Part shown: one piece after another, positions 14,023-25,406 of the stretch
Numbering within the stretch: the first letter of the stretch is position 1
Layout: each line of letters begins with the position of its first letter
Origin: Pseudoalteromonas tetraodonis
GTDB lineage: Bacteria > Pseudomonadota > Gammaproteobacteria > Enterobacterales > Alteromonadaceae
Length of the DNA stretch: 32,000 nucleotides
Assembly: GCF_002310835.1 (NCBI RefSeq)
Contig: NZ_CP011041.1
Coordinates: 1,470,001 to 1,502,000, forward strand
Direction: 5' to 3'
Program-made: the position numbers and the translations under genes
Notes under the pieces: model-generated
The model's database searches: none
What the model saw: the letters and a program-made list of their open reading frames with translations, nothing else
What the model was told of the DNA's origin: nothing

Positions 14023-15348
14023 ATGTTATTTTGGCAAGAGAAACCCGCATTTGGGTTGACTTCAAAAGACGTTAACGTCTTAACCAATGCGCAAGAATAC
14101 CGTACGCAATTGTTAGATTTAATTGCCAACGCAAAAAAACGAATTTATATCACCACACTTTACTTACAAGATGATGAAGCGGGTCGTGAAATATTAGCTG
14201 CACTGCACAGTGCTTCGTTAGCTAATCCTGCGCTTGAGATAAAAGTATTGGTGGATTTTCATCGTGCGCAACGCGGTTTAATTGGAGCTGAAAAGTCAGA
14301 GGGCAATGCAAGCTTATATTGCGACGATTTAGAAAAATTTAATTCAAACGTTCAAGTGTATGGTGTCCCCGTAAAGGCAAAAGAACTGTTTGGGGTGTTG
14401 CATTTAAAAGGCTTTGTTATTGACGACACACTGCTCTACAGCGGTGCCAGTTTAAATAATGTGTATTTGCAATATAGCGACCGATACCGGCTCGATCGCT
14501 ACTTTTTAGTATCGCAAAGCGAATTATGTGACTCAGTAGTCGATTTTATCGAATCAACTTTATTAAGCTCTGAAGCGGTACCAAGAATTGATCAACGACC
14601 GCTTAAACGTATGGCTGACTTTAAGCTTGAACAAAAGCAACTTATGCGTGAGCTTAAATCGGCAAGCTATAAAAATGCGCAAGAGTTTAATACCCATGCA
14701 ATGGGTATTCGTTTATTTTTAGGGTTAGGCCGTCGTAATAACGAGCTCAATCGCTTAATTAAAGCGTTATTTGATACCACCGAGCAAGAGTTGGTGTTAT
14801 ACACGCCGTATTTTAATTTTCCAGCGCCTTTAATGCGCTCTTTACGTCGCTTATTAAAGCAAGGTAAGCAGGTGACTATTGTGGTGGGCGATAAAACCGC
14901 AAACGATTTTTATCTGCCACCTAGCGAGCCATTTAGTAAAATTGGTGCACTGCCGTATTTATACGAAACTATTTTGCACAAGTTTGTAAAATCGCAAAAA
15001 CGCCACATAGATAATGGCAACCTAAACGTATACCTGTGGAAACACGAGAGTAACTCGTTCCATCTAAAAGGGATTTGCTGCGACCGCAAAGTACATTTAC
15101 TCAGTGGGCATAACCTAAATCCGCGCGCGTGGGGGCTCGATATCGAAAATGGCATTCTGATAGAAGATCCTGAGCAAACGATAATGCGCGACATTGATAA
15201 TGAACGCCAAGAAATTTTAAAGCATTGTCGTCGTTTAACCGGTCCAAATGATTTAGAAACCATGGACGATTACCCGCAGCCGGTGAAAAAACTGCTTGGT
15301 CAAGCTAAGCGCGTAAAAGTCGATTTTATTATTAAACGATTTATATAA
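14023..15348 (+). CDS. pssA: CDP-diacylglycerol--serine O-phosphatidyltransferase (PLD-type PssA)
   Basis: Two HKD motifs (HLKGFVIDD, HLKGICCD). It is colinear with E. coli PssA, including IVGDKTANDFY...GALPYLYE. Confidence 0.92.
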   Translation: MLFWQEKPAFGLTSKDVNVLTNAQEYRTQLLDLIANAKKRIYITTLYLQDDEAGREILAALHSASLANPALEIKVLVDFHRAQRGLIGAEKSEGNASLYCDDLEKFNSNVQVYGVPVKAKELFGVLHLKGFVIDDTLLYSGASLNNVYLQYSDRYRLDRYFLVSQSELCDSVVDFIESTLLSSEAVPRIDQRPLKRMADFKLEQKQLMRELKSASYKNAQEFNTHAMGIRLFLGLGRRNNELNRLIKALFDTTEQELVLYTPYFNFPAPLMRSLRRLLKQGKQVTIVVGDKTANDFYLPPSEPFSKIGALPYLYETILHKFVKSQKRHIDNGNLNVYLWKHESNSFHLKGICCDRKVHLLSGHNLNPRAWGLDIENGILIEDPEQTIMRDIDNERQEILKHCRRLTGPNDLETMDDYPQPVKKLLGQAKRVKVDFIIKRFI

Positions 15349-15388
15349 TACGAGGGTCTGTTGACCACAGACCCTAAAATTTAGATAC

Positions 15389-15417
15389 AAAAAAAGCAGC
15401 TAATTAGCTGCTTTTTT
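15389..15417. terminator. bidirectional terminator between convergent pssA and ald
   Basis: A7-GCAGCTAATTAGCTGC-T6. Additional hairpins flank it at about 15352-15376 and 15421-15452. Confidence 0.8.
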
Positions 15418-15466
15418 AATGCTTATACCTAAATAATGACTTAGGTATAAGCAGTAACTATTATTG

Positions 15467-16588
15467 TTACGCGTTTTCTACTGCAGTACGTGGGTCAACA
15501 TATTCCATGTTGAACGCTTCAGCTACTTCTTTGTATGTTACTTGGCCTTTAATTACGTTTAAGCCTTTTAAGAAGTGAGCGTCATCTAGTAGTGCTTTTT
15601 TGTAACCTTTGTTTGCAAGGTTAATGATGAACGGTAATGTTGCATTATTAAGTGCAAACGTCGATGTACGTGGAACAGCACCAGGCATGTTAGCAACACA
15701 GTAGTGAACAACTTCATCAACGATGAAAGTAGGATCAGCGTGCGTAGTTGCTTTAGAGGTTGCAATACAACCACCTTGGTCAATCGCAACATCAACAATA
15801 GCAGCACCTGGCTTCATTGCTTTAATGTGTTCAGCAGTCACTAGTTTAGGTGCAGCAGCACCTGGGATAAGCACGCCACCAATTACTAGGTCAGCTTCTA
15901 ATACGTGCTTTTCAAGCGCATCAGCTGTTGAGTAAATAGCTTTAACTTTGTTACCAAACTGTGCGTCTAGTGCACGTAGTACGTCGATGTTACGGTCAAG
16001 TACAACAACCTCAGCACCTAAGCCAACCGCCATTTGTGCAGCGCTACGACCAACCATGCCGCCACCAATAACAACAACTTTAGCTGGCTCAACACCTGGT
16101 ACACCACCTAGTAACATACCACGACCGTGGTTTGCTTTTTCTAGCGCTTGTGCACCTGCTTGAATAGACATACGGCCCGCTACTTCACTCATTGGTGCCA
16201 ATAGTGGTAAACCGCCGCGTGCATCAGTCACTGTTTCATAAGCAATACAGATTGCTTTACTTTTAACAAGGTCTTCAGTTTGTGGAAGATCCGGTGCAAG
16301 GTGAAGGTAAGTAAAAAGAATTTGGTCTTCACGTAACATTGCACGTTCAACAGCTTGTGGCTCTTTTACCTTGATGATCATTTCTGCTTTTGCAAAAACG
16401 TCAGCAGCTGTTTCTAAAATTTCAGCACCTGCTTGAACATAATCATCATCTGTAAAACCAATGCCCATACCAGCGTTAGTTTCAACAATCACTTGGTGAC
16501 CGTGATTTACAAGTTCGCGAACACTCGCAGGAACCATACCTACACGGTACTCATGGTTTTTAATTTCTTTAGGTACACCAATAATCAT
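15467..16588 (-). CDS. ald: alanine dehydrogenase
   Basis: [17 protein letters not shown]..., a Rossmann motif VIGGGMVG, and 373 aa in length. Confidence 0.94.
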   Translation of the reverse strand: MIIGVPKEIKNHEYRVGMVPASVRELVNHGHQVIVETNAGMGIGFTDDDYVQAGAEILETAADVFAKAEMIIKVKEPQAVERAMLREDQILFTYLHLAPDLPQTEDLVKSKAICIAYETVTDARGGLPLLAPMSEVAGRMSIQAGAQALEKANHGRGMLLGGVPGVEPAKVVVIGGGMVGRSAAQMAVGLGAEVVVLDRNIDVLRALDAQFGNKVKAIYSTADALEKHVLEADLVIGGVLIPGAAAPKLVTAEHIKAMKPGAAIVDVAIDQGGCIATSKATTHADPTFIVDEVVHYCVANMPGAVPRTSTFALNNATLPFIINLANKGYKKALLDDAHFLKGLNVIKGQVTYKEVAEAFNMEYVDPRTAVENA

Positions 16589-16727
16589 AATTTTGCCTTG
16601 TTAGAACGGGATAAAAATTTTTCACTATTATATTCTTGCTAGGGTAGTGTGTCTCACCTTTTTTTAAGGTCTTTGTAGTGTTAGTATCTGTTAAATCGAT
16701 TTTATTAGAATAAAAAACTAAAAAGCT

Positions 16728-17207
16728 ATGCATAACTTATTAGACCGTATTGATCGCAAGATTTTAGTCGAATTACAACTCGATGGCCGCCTGTCAAATG
16801 TTGAACTGGCCCGACGAGTTGGCCTAAGCGCCACGCCCTGTCTAGAGCGAGTGAAAAAGCTAGAGCGCGAAGGATATATTTTAGGCTACAAAGCCGTGGT
16901 TGATCCTGCCAAGCTTGGTCAAGGGCTTTCTGTGTATGTGGAAGTAACCATTACCAAAACATCGCCCGACGTATTTGAAGAGTTCAGTGCCGCTGTTAGA
17001 AAGCACGAAGAAATTATAGAATGTCATTTGGTTTCGGGTAATTTCGACTTTTTATTAAAAACCCGGGTTAACGATATGTCAGAATACCGAGGCGTGCTCG
17101 GTGATATATTATTAAAACTGCCTAATGTGAGTGAAAGCCGCACTTATGTAGTCATGGAAGAAGTAAAAGGTGAAGAGGGCGTGGTGATCCGTCCTTTTGT
17201 TGCTTAA
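16728..17207 (+). CDS. lrp: leucine-responsive regulatory protein
   Basis: LDRIDRKIL.ELQ.DGR.SNVEL..RVGLS.TPCLERV..LE and ECHLVSG.FD.LLKTRV..M..YR are colinear with E. coli Lrp. The gene lies upstream of ftsK, as in E. coli. Confidence 0.93.
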   Translation: MHNLLDRIDRKILVELQLDGRLSNVELARRVGLSATPCLERVKKLEREGYILGYKAVVDPAKLGQGLSVYVEVTITKTSPDVFEEFSAAVRKHEEIIECHLVSGNFDFLLKTRVNDMSEYRGVLGDILLKLPNVSESRTYVVMEEVKGEEGVVIRPFVA

Positions 17208-17403
17208 TGATAGAGTAACAGCCTTTAATATACTTTTATTGTTGCAGCCAACTTTGCTTTTTTAATAAGTGTACGACGAAATAATAAAAACTTGTTCATA
17301 ATCAGGCCATCATGGTTAAGATAAAGTGCATCAAAATACATTTCCTGCTAAGGTATTCTATTGCCAAGTGAGTGTAAAAAATAATAATGAGGGATAGGTA
17401 ATT

Positions 17404-19893
17404 ATGCGCCTAAACGGTGTACAAAGACTATTAGAAACGGGGCTGATCGTCAGCACCTTTGCAGCGGTATTTATTTTATGTGCTTTAATTAGTTTTCATC
17501 CTGCCGATCCTGCTTGGTCGCAAACGGGGGAATTTACCAACGTACAAAATATTACGGGTACAGCGGGCGCGTGGGTGGCCGACATACTATTACTTACCTT
17601 TGGCTGGCTTGCCTATTTTGTGCCAGCGGCTATTCAGCTGCTAGGTTACTTGGTGTTTAAGCAGCCACACCGTATTTTACAACTCGATTACACCACACTT
17701 GGATTACGCATTATTGGTTTTGCGCTGTTTATTACCTCAGCAACCGCTATTAGCAGTATTAATTTTGATGATATTTATAACTTTTCATCCGGTGGGGTAG
17801 TGGGTGATGTGATTGCATCAGCCATGATGCCAGCGTTTAATTTTACCGGTACCTCTATTTTACTACTGTGTTTCTTTTTTGCAGGGCTAACGCTGTTAAC
17901 GGGTGTGTCGTGGGTACAATTTGTTGATTACTTAGGTGATTTAATTGTTCGATTATACCGCTTTTTGGTGACCTATGCCCGAGGCTGGATGCAACGTGAA
18001 CGCATTGCAGGTAAAGTACAAGACGAGCAACCCGATGCTTATTTTGAAGACCATACACGCCAACAAGAACCTGAACTTGCTGATAAAAAAGCAGACAGAC
18101 CAAAAGCACTCGACAAACCAACAACTAAAGTAAACGCCCCTCAAGACGACGAATTTATGCCGTTTGACGAGCTTGACCAAATACTCGATCAAGAAATTAG
18201 CTTTAGCGCCATAGACGATGAACCTATGGACACCGAGGCAGCACTTAACGCGCTGGATCAAAGCCCTGTGGTTGAACCTGAAAAACCAGCAACAACCGTG
18301 GTTTCACCAGCAAGGCCAATTAACAAGCCAAAATCAGGGTTTCAACCGCCGCCAACTGCAAAAGAAAAGTTTGAGCAATTATTAGAGCAAGAGCCACCTC
18401 CGGGGCCATTGCCGTCACTGGATTTACTCGACAGACCCGACAAAGCTAAAAACCCAATTTCGCAAGAAGAGCTTGATAGCGTATCACGCCTTGTAGAAAC
18501 AAAATTACTTGATTTTAACGTGCAAGCCACTGTGGTTGGGGTTTACCCCGGGCCTGTTGTTACTCGTTTTGAGCTTGATTTAGCACCGGGTATTAAGGTG
18601 TCTAAAATTACAGGGCTGTCAAAAGATTTAGCGCGTTCACTTTCGGCAATTAGTGTGCGCGTGGTTGAAGTTATTCCTGGTAAAACCTATATCGGTATTG
18701 AGCTGCCTAATAAATACCGTGAAATTGTACGTTTATCAGAAGTCATAAACGCGCCTAAGTTTGAGCAAAACCCATCGCCGTTAACCATGGTGCTTGGTAA
18801 AGATATTGCAGGGCAACCTGTGTGTGCCGACCTAGGTAAAATGCCACACTTACTGGTAGCTGGTACAACCGGTTCAGGTAAGTCAGTGGGCGTTAATGTA
18901 ATGATATTAAGCTTACTGTATAAATCGGGCCCTGAAGATGTTCGTATGATCATGATTGACCCGAAAATGCTTGAGCTTTCAGTATACGAAGGCATTCCGC
19001 ATTTATTATGTGAAGTTGTGACCGACATGAAAGAAGCGGCTAACGCACTGCGTTGGTGTGTAGGTGAAATGGAACGCCGTTATAAGCTTATGTCGGCATT
19101 AGGTGTGCGTAACTTAAAAGGTTACAATCAAAAAGTAATGGAAGCCAAAGAAGCGGGCTACCCAATTATGGATCCATTATTTAAAGACACCGACGGCATG
19201 AAAGACGGCCCTGATGAGCTAGATAAATTACCTAGCATAGTGGTGGTTATTGACGAATTTGCCGACATGATGATGATTGTAGGTAAAAAAGTTGAAGAGT
19301 TAATTGCTCGTATTGCGCAAAAAGCGCGTGCTGCGGGTATTCACTTAATTTTGGCAACACAGCGTCCGTCGGTTGATGTAATAACCGGTTTAATAAAAGC
19401 GAACATACCTACACGTATGGCGTTTCAGGTATCAAGTAAAATAGATTCGCGCACCATACTTGATCAACAAGGCGCAGAAAACTTATTAGGCATGGGTGAC
19501 ATGCTTTATTTACCGCCAGGCACCAGTGTGCCAGAGCGTGTGCATGGCGCGTTTGTAGACGACCATGAAGTACATGCCGTGGTAAACGATTGGAAAGCCC
19601 GTGCTAAACCAAATTACATAGACGAGATTTTAAATGGCGATGCCACGGAAGATATTCTATTACCAGGGGAAGCCAGCGAGAATGGCGATGAAGAGTCAGA
19701 TCCGTTATACGACGAAGCGGTCGCCTTTGTAATAGAAACCGGTAAAGTATCGGTATCATCAGTGCAACGTAAATTACGTGTAGGCTATAACCGTGCTGCA
19801 CGTTTAGTAGAACAAATGGAAACATCAGGTATCGTGAGTGCACCAGGACACAACGGCGCGCGCGATGTATTAGTACCTAATGGAGCAAATTAA
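17404..19893 (+). CDS. ftsK: DNA translocase FtsK
   Basis: N-terminal transmembrane segments, an acidic/Pro-rich linker, a motor domain ([27 protein letters not shown]) and a gamma winged-helix tail. Confidence 0.96.
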   Translation: MRLNGVQRLLETGLIVSTFAAVFILCALISFHPADPAWSQTGEFTNVQNITGTAGAWVADILLLTFGWLAYFVPAAIQLLGYLVFKQPHRILQLDYTTLGLRIIGFALFITSATAISSINFDDIYNFSSGGVVGDVIASAMMPAFNFTGTSILLLCFFFAGLTLLTGVSWVQFVDYLGDLIVRLYRFLVTYARGWMQRERIAGKVQDEQPDAYFEDHTRQQEPELADKKADRPKALDKPTTKVNAPQDDEFMPFDELDQILDQEISFSAIDDEPMDTEAALNALDQSPVVEPEKPATTVVSPARPINKPKSGFQPPPTAKEKFEQLLEQEPPPGPLPSLDLLDRPDKAKNPISQEELDSVSRLVETKLLDFNVQATVVGVYPGPVVTRFELDLAPGIKVSKITGLSKDLARSLSAISVRVVEVIPGKTYIGIELPNKYREIVRLSEVINAPKFEQNPSPLTMVLGKDIAGQPVCADLGKMPHLLVAGTTGSGKSVGVNVMILSLLYKSGPEDVRMIMIDPKMLELSVYEGIPHLLCEVVTDMKEAANALRWCVGEMERRYKLMSALGVRNLKGYNQKVMEAKEAGYPIMDPLFKDTDGMKDGPDELDKLPSIVVVIDEFADMMMIVGKKVEELIARIAQKARAAGIHLILATQRPSVDVITGLIKANIPTRMAFQVSSKIDSRTILDQQGAENLLGMGDMLYLPPGTSVPERVHGAFVDDHEVHAVVNDWKARAKPNYIDEILNGDATEDILLPGEASENGDEESDPLYDEAVAFVIETGKVSVSSVQRKLRVGYNRAARLVEQMETSGIVSAPGHNGARDVLVPNGAN

Positions 19894-20519
19894 TGAAAAA
19901 ATTAAGTAGTTTATTATTGGTATTGGGCAGTTTAGTTGCTATGCCAAGTTTTGCTGACGACAGCCAAGCATTACAAGATAAGTTATCGACCTTAAAAAGC
20001 TTTAAAGCACAATTTAAACAAAACGTAACCGACGGTGAAGGCCAACTGGTAATGCAAGGCCAAGGCAATATTGCCTTGCAACAGCCTTTAATGATCCGCT
20101 GGCAGCAAACTAACCCAGACGACACCTTATTTGTGTCAAACGGCGATAAAACCTATTACTTTGATAGCTTTGCTGAGCAAGTAACCATTATGAAAACTAG
20201 CGGTTTAATTGACTCTACACCGTTTATATTGCTCACCTCTAAAGACCCTGCGCAATGGGAAAAATACAGCGTGATCGCTACTGACTTAGGCTTTAGCATT
20301 ACCCCAAATAAAGGCGTAGAAAGCCAAGTAGAGCAGCTTGATATTACTTTTGCTGATAACGAGCAGGGGCTTGCAAAACTGGTGGTTAAAGATAACTCAG
20401 GCCAGCTATCTGCGTTTACATTTAGCAATGCACAGGTTAATACTGAGCTTGATAAAACAACTTTTGAATTTACCCCGCCAGCGGGTGTAGAAATAGACGA
20501 TCAGAGTAACGGTGAGTAA
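19893..20519 (+). CDS. lolA: outer-membrane lipoprotein carrier LolA
   Basis: Signal peptide and F.Q motifs of LolA. Its start is coupled to the ftsK stop (ATGA overlap). Confidence 0.9.
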   Translation: MKKLSSLLLVLGSLVAMPSFADDSQALQDKLSTLKSFKAQFKQNVTDGEGQLVMQGQGNIALQQPLMIRWQQTNPDDTLFVSNGDKTYYFDSFAEQVTIMKTSGLIDSTPFILLTSKDPAQWEKYSVIATDLGFSITPNKGVESQVEQLDITFADNEQGLAKLVVKDNSGQLSAFTFSNAQVNTELDKTTFEFTPPAGVEIDDQSNGE

Positions 20520-21855
20520 TTTAGGATTTAACTTTGGGCCCGATGTGCGCCCACTCGCTGCGCGTATGCGCCCTTTATCGCTTAACGATTACATAGGGCA
20601 GCAACATTTACTAAGTAGCGATAAACCGCTGCATCAAGCCATTGTTGCAGGGCGTTGCCATAGTTTAATTTTATGGGGGCCGCCAGGGGTGGGTAAAACT
20701 ACGCTCGCGCAAATTATTGCCAACCATGCAGACGCTGAACTAATTCAAATGTCGGCAGTAACCGCTGGCGTTAAAGATATTCGCGATAGCGTAACCCAAG
20801 CGCGCGATAACTTACAAAGCCGTGGTCAGCGCACTTTGATGTTTGTTGACGAGGTACACCGCTTTAATAAATCTCAGCAAGACGCGTTTTTACCGCATAT
20901 TGAAGATGGCACTTTTATATTTGTTGGTGCCACCACCGAAAACCCCTCATTTGCGCTTAATAATGCGATTTTATCTCGCGCAAGGGTGTATGTATTAAAA
21001 TCCTTGCAAGAAAGCGATTTATACACAGTAATAGAGCGCGCACTCAAACAAGACGAACAACTTAGCCAAAAGCAAATCGTGATTGCAGATAACGCCAAAC
21101 AAGCGCTGTGCCAAGCAAGCGGTGGCGATGCTCGTAAAGTGCTTAATTTACTCGAGCAAGCAGTCGATTTAACCACTGAGCAAAACGGCAAGTACAACGT
21201 AGACGAACAGGTACTCAGCCAAGTTCTTCCCACGCATTTAGCTAAATACGATAAAGGCGGCGATGAATTTTACGATTTAATTTCGGCGTTTCATAAATCG
21301 GTGCGAGGCAGTTCGCCCGATGGTGCGCTTTATTGGTACTGCCGTATTTTAGCCGGTGGCGGCGACCCGCTTTATGTTGCAAGGCGCTTATTAGCAATTG
21401 CTACAGAAGACATCGGCAACGCCGATCCACGAGCGATGGAAGTGGCTTTAAACGCATGGGATATTTTTCAGCGTGTTGGCCCAAGCGAAGGTGAGCGCGC
21501 CATTGCACAGGCCACCTTATATTTAGCCAGTGCACCTAAAAGTAATGCGGTTTATATGGCGTTTAATCAAGCCAAACAAGACGCTAAAAACGAGCCAAGC
21601 TACCCGGTACCAGAGCATTTACGTAATGCCCCCACCAATTTAATGAAAGACTTAGGCTATGGCGCAGAGTATCGTTACGCGCATAACGAAGAAGGCGCAT
21701 TTGCTGCTGGCGAAAAATACCTACCGCCAGAAATGGATGGCAAACAATACTACCAGCCAAGTGATCGTGGACTTGAGCAAAAAATTAAACAAAAGCTCGA
21801 TTATTTAAAAGAGCGCGACGGACAAAGCCCAATAAAACGTTATGAGCATGATTAA
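20512..21855 (+). CDS. rarA: replication-associated recombination protein A (AAA+)
   Basis: [22 protein letters not shown], and a MgsA C-terminal domain. The GTG start overlaps the lolA stop. Confidence 0.94.
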   Translation: MSNLGFNFGPDVRPLAARMRPLSLNDYIGQQHLLSSDKPLHQAIVAGRCHSLILWGPPGVGKTTLAQIIANHADAELIQMSAVTAGVKDIRDSVTQARDNLQSRGQRTLMFVDEVHRFNKSQQDAFLPHIEDGTFIFVGATTENPSFALNNAILSRARVYVLKSLQESDLYTVIERALKQDEQLSQKQIVIADNAKQALCQASGGDARKVLNLLEQAVDLTTEQNGKYNVDEQVLSQVLPTHLAKYDKGGDEFYDLISAFHKSVRGSSPDGALYWYCRILAGGGDPLYVARRLLAIATEDIGNADPRAMEVALNAWDIFQRVGPSEGERAIAQATLYLASAPKSNAVYMAFNQAKQDAKNEPSYPVPEHLRNAPTNLMKDLGYGAEYRYAHNEEGAFAAGEKYLPPEMDGKQYYQPSDRGLEQKIKQKLDYLKERDGQSPIKRYEHD

Positions 21856-22228
21856 ACTTTACATGATGATAGCCCTTGGCGGAGCGTCAGGAGCCTGTTT
21901 ACGGTTTTTTATTAGCGAAACCATGCTAAAACTCCTCGGTAGGGGATTCCCTTTTGGCACGTTGACGGTTAATATTCTGGGTTCATTGTTGATGGGCATT
22001 TTATACGGTTTAATAGATAAACAAGTTATTGCCGTCAGTCCTGCTAAAACCCTCATCGGAATTGGCTTTTTAGGTGCGTTAACCACCTTTTCAACATTCT
22101 CAATGGATTCGTTGTTGTTATTACAACAAGGTCACTTTATTAAAATGGCCCTCAATATCATCTTAAACGTGATGGTGTGTATTTTTATGGCTTGGCTGGG
22201 CCTTCAGCTAGTAATGCAAAAAGGTTAA
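21842..22228 (+). CDS. crcB: fluoride channel CrcB/Fluc
   Basis: Four transmembrane helices and the motifs GTL.VN..G and [13 protein letters not shown]. The exact start is uncertain (21842, 21848 or 21863) and overlaps the rarA stop. Confidence 0.88.
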   Translation: MSMIKLYMMIALGGASGACLRFFISETMLKLLGRGFPFGTLTVNILGSLLMGILYGLIDKQVIAVSPAKTLIGIGFLGALTTFSTFSMDSLLLLQQGHFIKMALNIILNVMVCIFMAWLGLQLVMQKG

Positions 22229-23542
<1,314 letters not shown>

Positions 23543-23588
23543 AGTACTACCTGTAAGCTGTCAGTTTTTAGCTGTAAGCTTTAATAAA

Positions 23589-23624
23589 GAAAGCCGCTGT
23601 TTGTAATGAACAGTGGCTTTTTTG
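23589..23624 (+). terminator. rho-independent terminator of serS
   Basis: AAGCCGCTGTT-tgtaatg-AACAGTGGCTT followed by TTTT. It marks the end of the conserved block. Confidence 0.75.
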
Positions 23625-23783
23625 TGGGTAAAAGGTTAAAGGCGAAAGTAAAAGTCTAAGTTACGCTATTTGTCACTAAAAATAGTAAACCTGCCTCTAT
23701 TGTTTATTTGCACAACACTTTTTGTCTGATATTACTGATCTCCACCATTTTGGTGTGTTGCGCCATTTATAAACCATGAGTGA

Positions 23784-23895
23784 AGCTAACTAATTGTTTA
23801 CAGGTATTTATTTGAGGGCTAAGATAAATGCATTGTAATATATGGACATTTGTCGTTTTATAAACCGACAAATGTCGTAGACAAAATTGTTAGGC
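23784..23895 (+). other. attC-like recombination site (left, hybrid)
   Basis: AGCTAAC (23784-23790) is followed by arm TAATTGTTTAC. The complementary arm GTAGACAAAATT is followed by GTTAGGC (23889-23895). The central part can form two hairpins (GTATTTAT/ATAAATGC and a perfect 11-bp inverted repeat at 23845-23876). Confidence 0.5.
23812..23841 (+). promoter_or_regulatory. possible sigma70 promoter upstream of the two-gene unit
   Basis: TTGAGG-N18-TAATAT. The predicted transcription start falls at the first arm of the 11-bp inverted repeat. This is a weak call by eye only. Confidence 0.3.
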
Positions 23896-23922
23896 AACCC
23901 TGAAGAACAACCTGAGGAATAA

Positions 23923-24423
23923 ATGGAAAGTATATTATCAATACTAGGATCGGTTGCATCTATCGGGGCTGCGATATGGGCTTTTATCGAAGCTGGTAAG
24001 GCCGCTGATTCTGCGTCTCAGGCAGTACAAGTTAGAGACGAGATGATCGATCGTAGACGTTTAGTTGAAGTTTCAAAAGTTCATGCGCAAACAGATAGAA
24101 TTTTATCCGTCGTATCTAAGATAGGGCCGTCATGTAATATCAAAAAGCTAAAAGGCGTCGACTTTCATGGTATTGCAAAGGAAGTGGAAGAGTACGCAAG
24201 GTTTCTTAATGAGCAAAGCTCAAATTTCTCCGAACTCTTTGTAAATAAAGCTAGTTCTCTGTGTGGTGAGCTAAATGAGGATATTGAAGCATTATCAGAT
24301 GCATCTGACCCCGAATCTATTAAAGAAGTTGGGAAGAGGATTTACTACAAGATTAATAGCTTCATGCCCTTTGTCAAAGATCTCGCTGACGAGCGTCAGG
24401 AACGTCCTGTCTCAGCTAAATAA
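23923..24423 (+). CDS. hypothetical membrane-anchored helical protein (166 aa)
   Basis: GAGGA Shine-Dalgarno sequence 4 nt upstream. One N-terminal hydrophobic helix (ILSILGSVASIGAAIWAFI) is followed by a charged, helix-prone region. I recognise no family. Confidence 0.7.
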   Translation: MESILSILGSVASIGAAIWAFIEAGKAADSASQAVQVRDEMIDRRRLVEVSKVHAQTDRILSVVSKIGPSCNIKKLKGVDFHGIAKEVEEYARFLNEQSSNFSELFVNKASSLCGELNEDIEALSDASDPESIKEVGKRIYYKINSFMPFVKDLADERQERPVSAK

Positions 24424-24436
24424 AATGGAAGGTAAT

Positions 24437-24997
24437 ATGAAAATATCAGATGGTGAAAAACTAATACTCCTGATGCTGAGTGAACTGTATGAGAATCTTG
24501 AAATAGACGGTGAAATTGAACCGAAATTTATCCAGTCCGCAATATTCAGTAATAACTTATGGGCAATACCTTGGAAATATTCTGGGATACCTTTTGAGGA
24601 TCAAGATGATCCAGAAATTGTTAAAGAGGTTCTTGATATATTGGATATGTGGAGCTTTATTGAGCATAGTTATAAGCAGTTGTCGGACGGAGAAAAAGTA
24701 CAATTAGAAGAGGCGGCAAAACCGTTTGGAAAAGACCCTAAGTTTCCTGGGTTTGATGGAAATAATGAATCTTCCTATATGGGAATTGCATCTTTTATTG
24801 TTAATGATTTAGAGCGATTCGAAGAATTCAAAGGTAGAAATTTCAATTCTCATTGTCCATCTTTAGATGGGCACGGGAGAATGCTTTCCGTTTTCGAAGA
24901 GATTCGAAAAAATATGAACTTTGGCCCATTATCTGTTGATGACCTATGCCGCATTCTTAAAGAGCGTATTCATCCAAGTAACAGAGAAAATGCCTAA
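24437..24997 (+). CDS. YfbU-family (UPF0304) protein
   Basis: Colinear with E. coli YfbU: KLILLMLSELYENL vs QRLILSNQYKMM; VLDILDMWSFIEHSY vs IIDIMEMYHALHVSW; PGFDGNNESSYMGIASFIV vs LGFDAATEARYLGYVRFMV. GGAAGG lies 4 nt upstream of the ATG at 24437. I take the 24275 start in the ORF track as a spurious extension. Confidence 0.8.
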   Translation: MKISDGEKLILLMLSELYENLEIDGEIEPKFIQSAIFSNNLWAIPWKYSGIPFEDQDDPEIVKEVLDILDMWSFIEHSYKQLSDGEKVQLEEAAKPFGKDPKFPGFDGNNESSYMGIASFIVNDLERFEEFKGRNFNSHCPSLDGHGRMLSVFEEIRKNMNFGPLSVDDLCRILKERIHPSNRENA

Positions 24998-25069
24998 CAA
25001 GGCCAGCCAGAGGGATGCCAAAACCGCCGCTTCGCTCTGGTTTTGTCACCCCTGCTGGTGGCGTTAGCT
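24992..25069 (+). other. attC-like recombination site (right), 78 bp
   Basis: R'' GCCTAAC contains the YfbU stop codon. The imperfect arms GCCAGCCAGAGGGATGCCAAAACC / GGTTTTGTCACCCCTGCTGGTGGC have bulged bases around a 13-nt loop. R' is GTTAGCT (25063-25069). Confidence 0.55.
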
Positions 25070-25150
25070 CTCGAAGGATTGTTGAAGTGTTGAAGTTTTT
25101 TTTACTAGTGTTCGTTCTGGCAGCAAAAAAACCAAAGGGGTCAAATCTTG

Positions 25151-25224
25151 ACTTCTGACTTCAGAACTTAAATTTCTCAAAGCGGCTTGATTTAAGCCGT
25201 TATTTTTCTCTAAAAGCGCAGCGT
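25151..25224 (+). repeat. copy A of a roughly 70-bp repeat (ACTTC..TCAGAACTTAAAT..ATTTAAGCCG..CAGCGT)
   Basis: It aligns with 25783-25852. It contains the stem CTTAAAT/ATTTAAG and the hairpin CGGCTT-gattt-AAGCCG followed by a T-rich tract. Confidence 0.6.
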
Positions 25225-25406
25225 TTCCTATCCTCTTTGTGAATAAATCTCTTCATTAAAAAGCACTCAGATAACAACTTAACAGTTAGTTATGTTCTAA
25301 CTATTTGTTAAATAGTAAATTATCTTTGGATTTTGTTTCTTTATAATTTATTCTACGTACCTCATTGGCGGGTTAATAAGTTGGGGTCATATGCCAAAGG
25401 ATATTT

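Larger units (their letters stand above)
23890..25063 (+). mobile_element. candidate integron-type gene cassette (1,174 bp, two ORFs)
   Basis: The unit is bounded by G|TTAGGC on the left and ...GGCG|TTAGCT on the right. Its own R'' (GCCTAAC, 24992-24998) is the exact reverse complement of G+TTAGGC at its 5' end. Only 33 nt precede the first ATG. Confidence 0.5.

Noticed and set aside
21780-21860. A fluoride riboswitch upstream of crcB.
   Set aside because: crcB overlaps the 3' end of rarA, so there is no intergenic leader for a riboswitch.
24275-24436. A 54-codon N-terminal extension of the YfbU-like ORF, overlapping the upstream gene in another frame.
   Set aside because: It has no Shine-Dalgarno sequence and no similarity to YfbU. 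YfbU homology begins at MKISDGEKLIL, and GGAAGG precedes the ATG at 24437.
25271-25313. An AT-rich cluster carrying attC-like boxes (ACTTAAC ... GTTAAAT) and the palindrome ATAACAACT-taac-AGTTAGTTAT.
   Set aside because: The boxes are only 37 bp apart end to end, which is shorter than any functional attC I know of. The region is AT-rich, where such matches arise by chance. It may be an operator, but I cannot support that.
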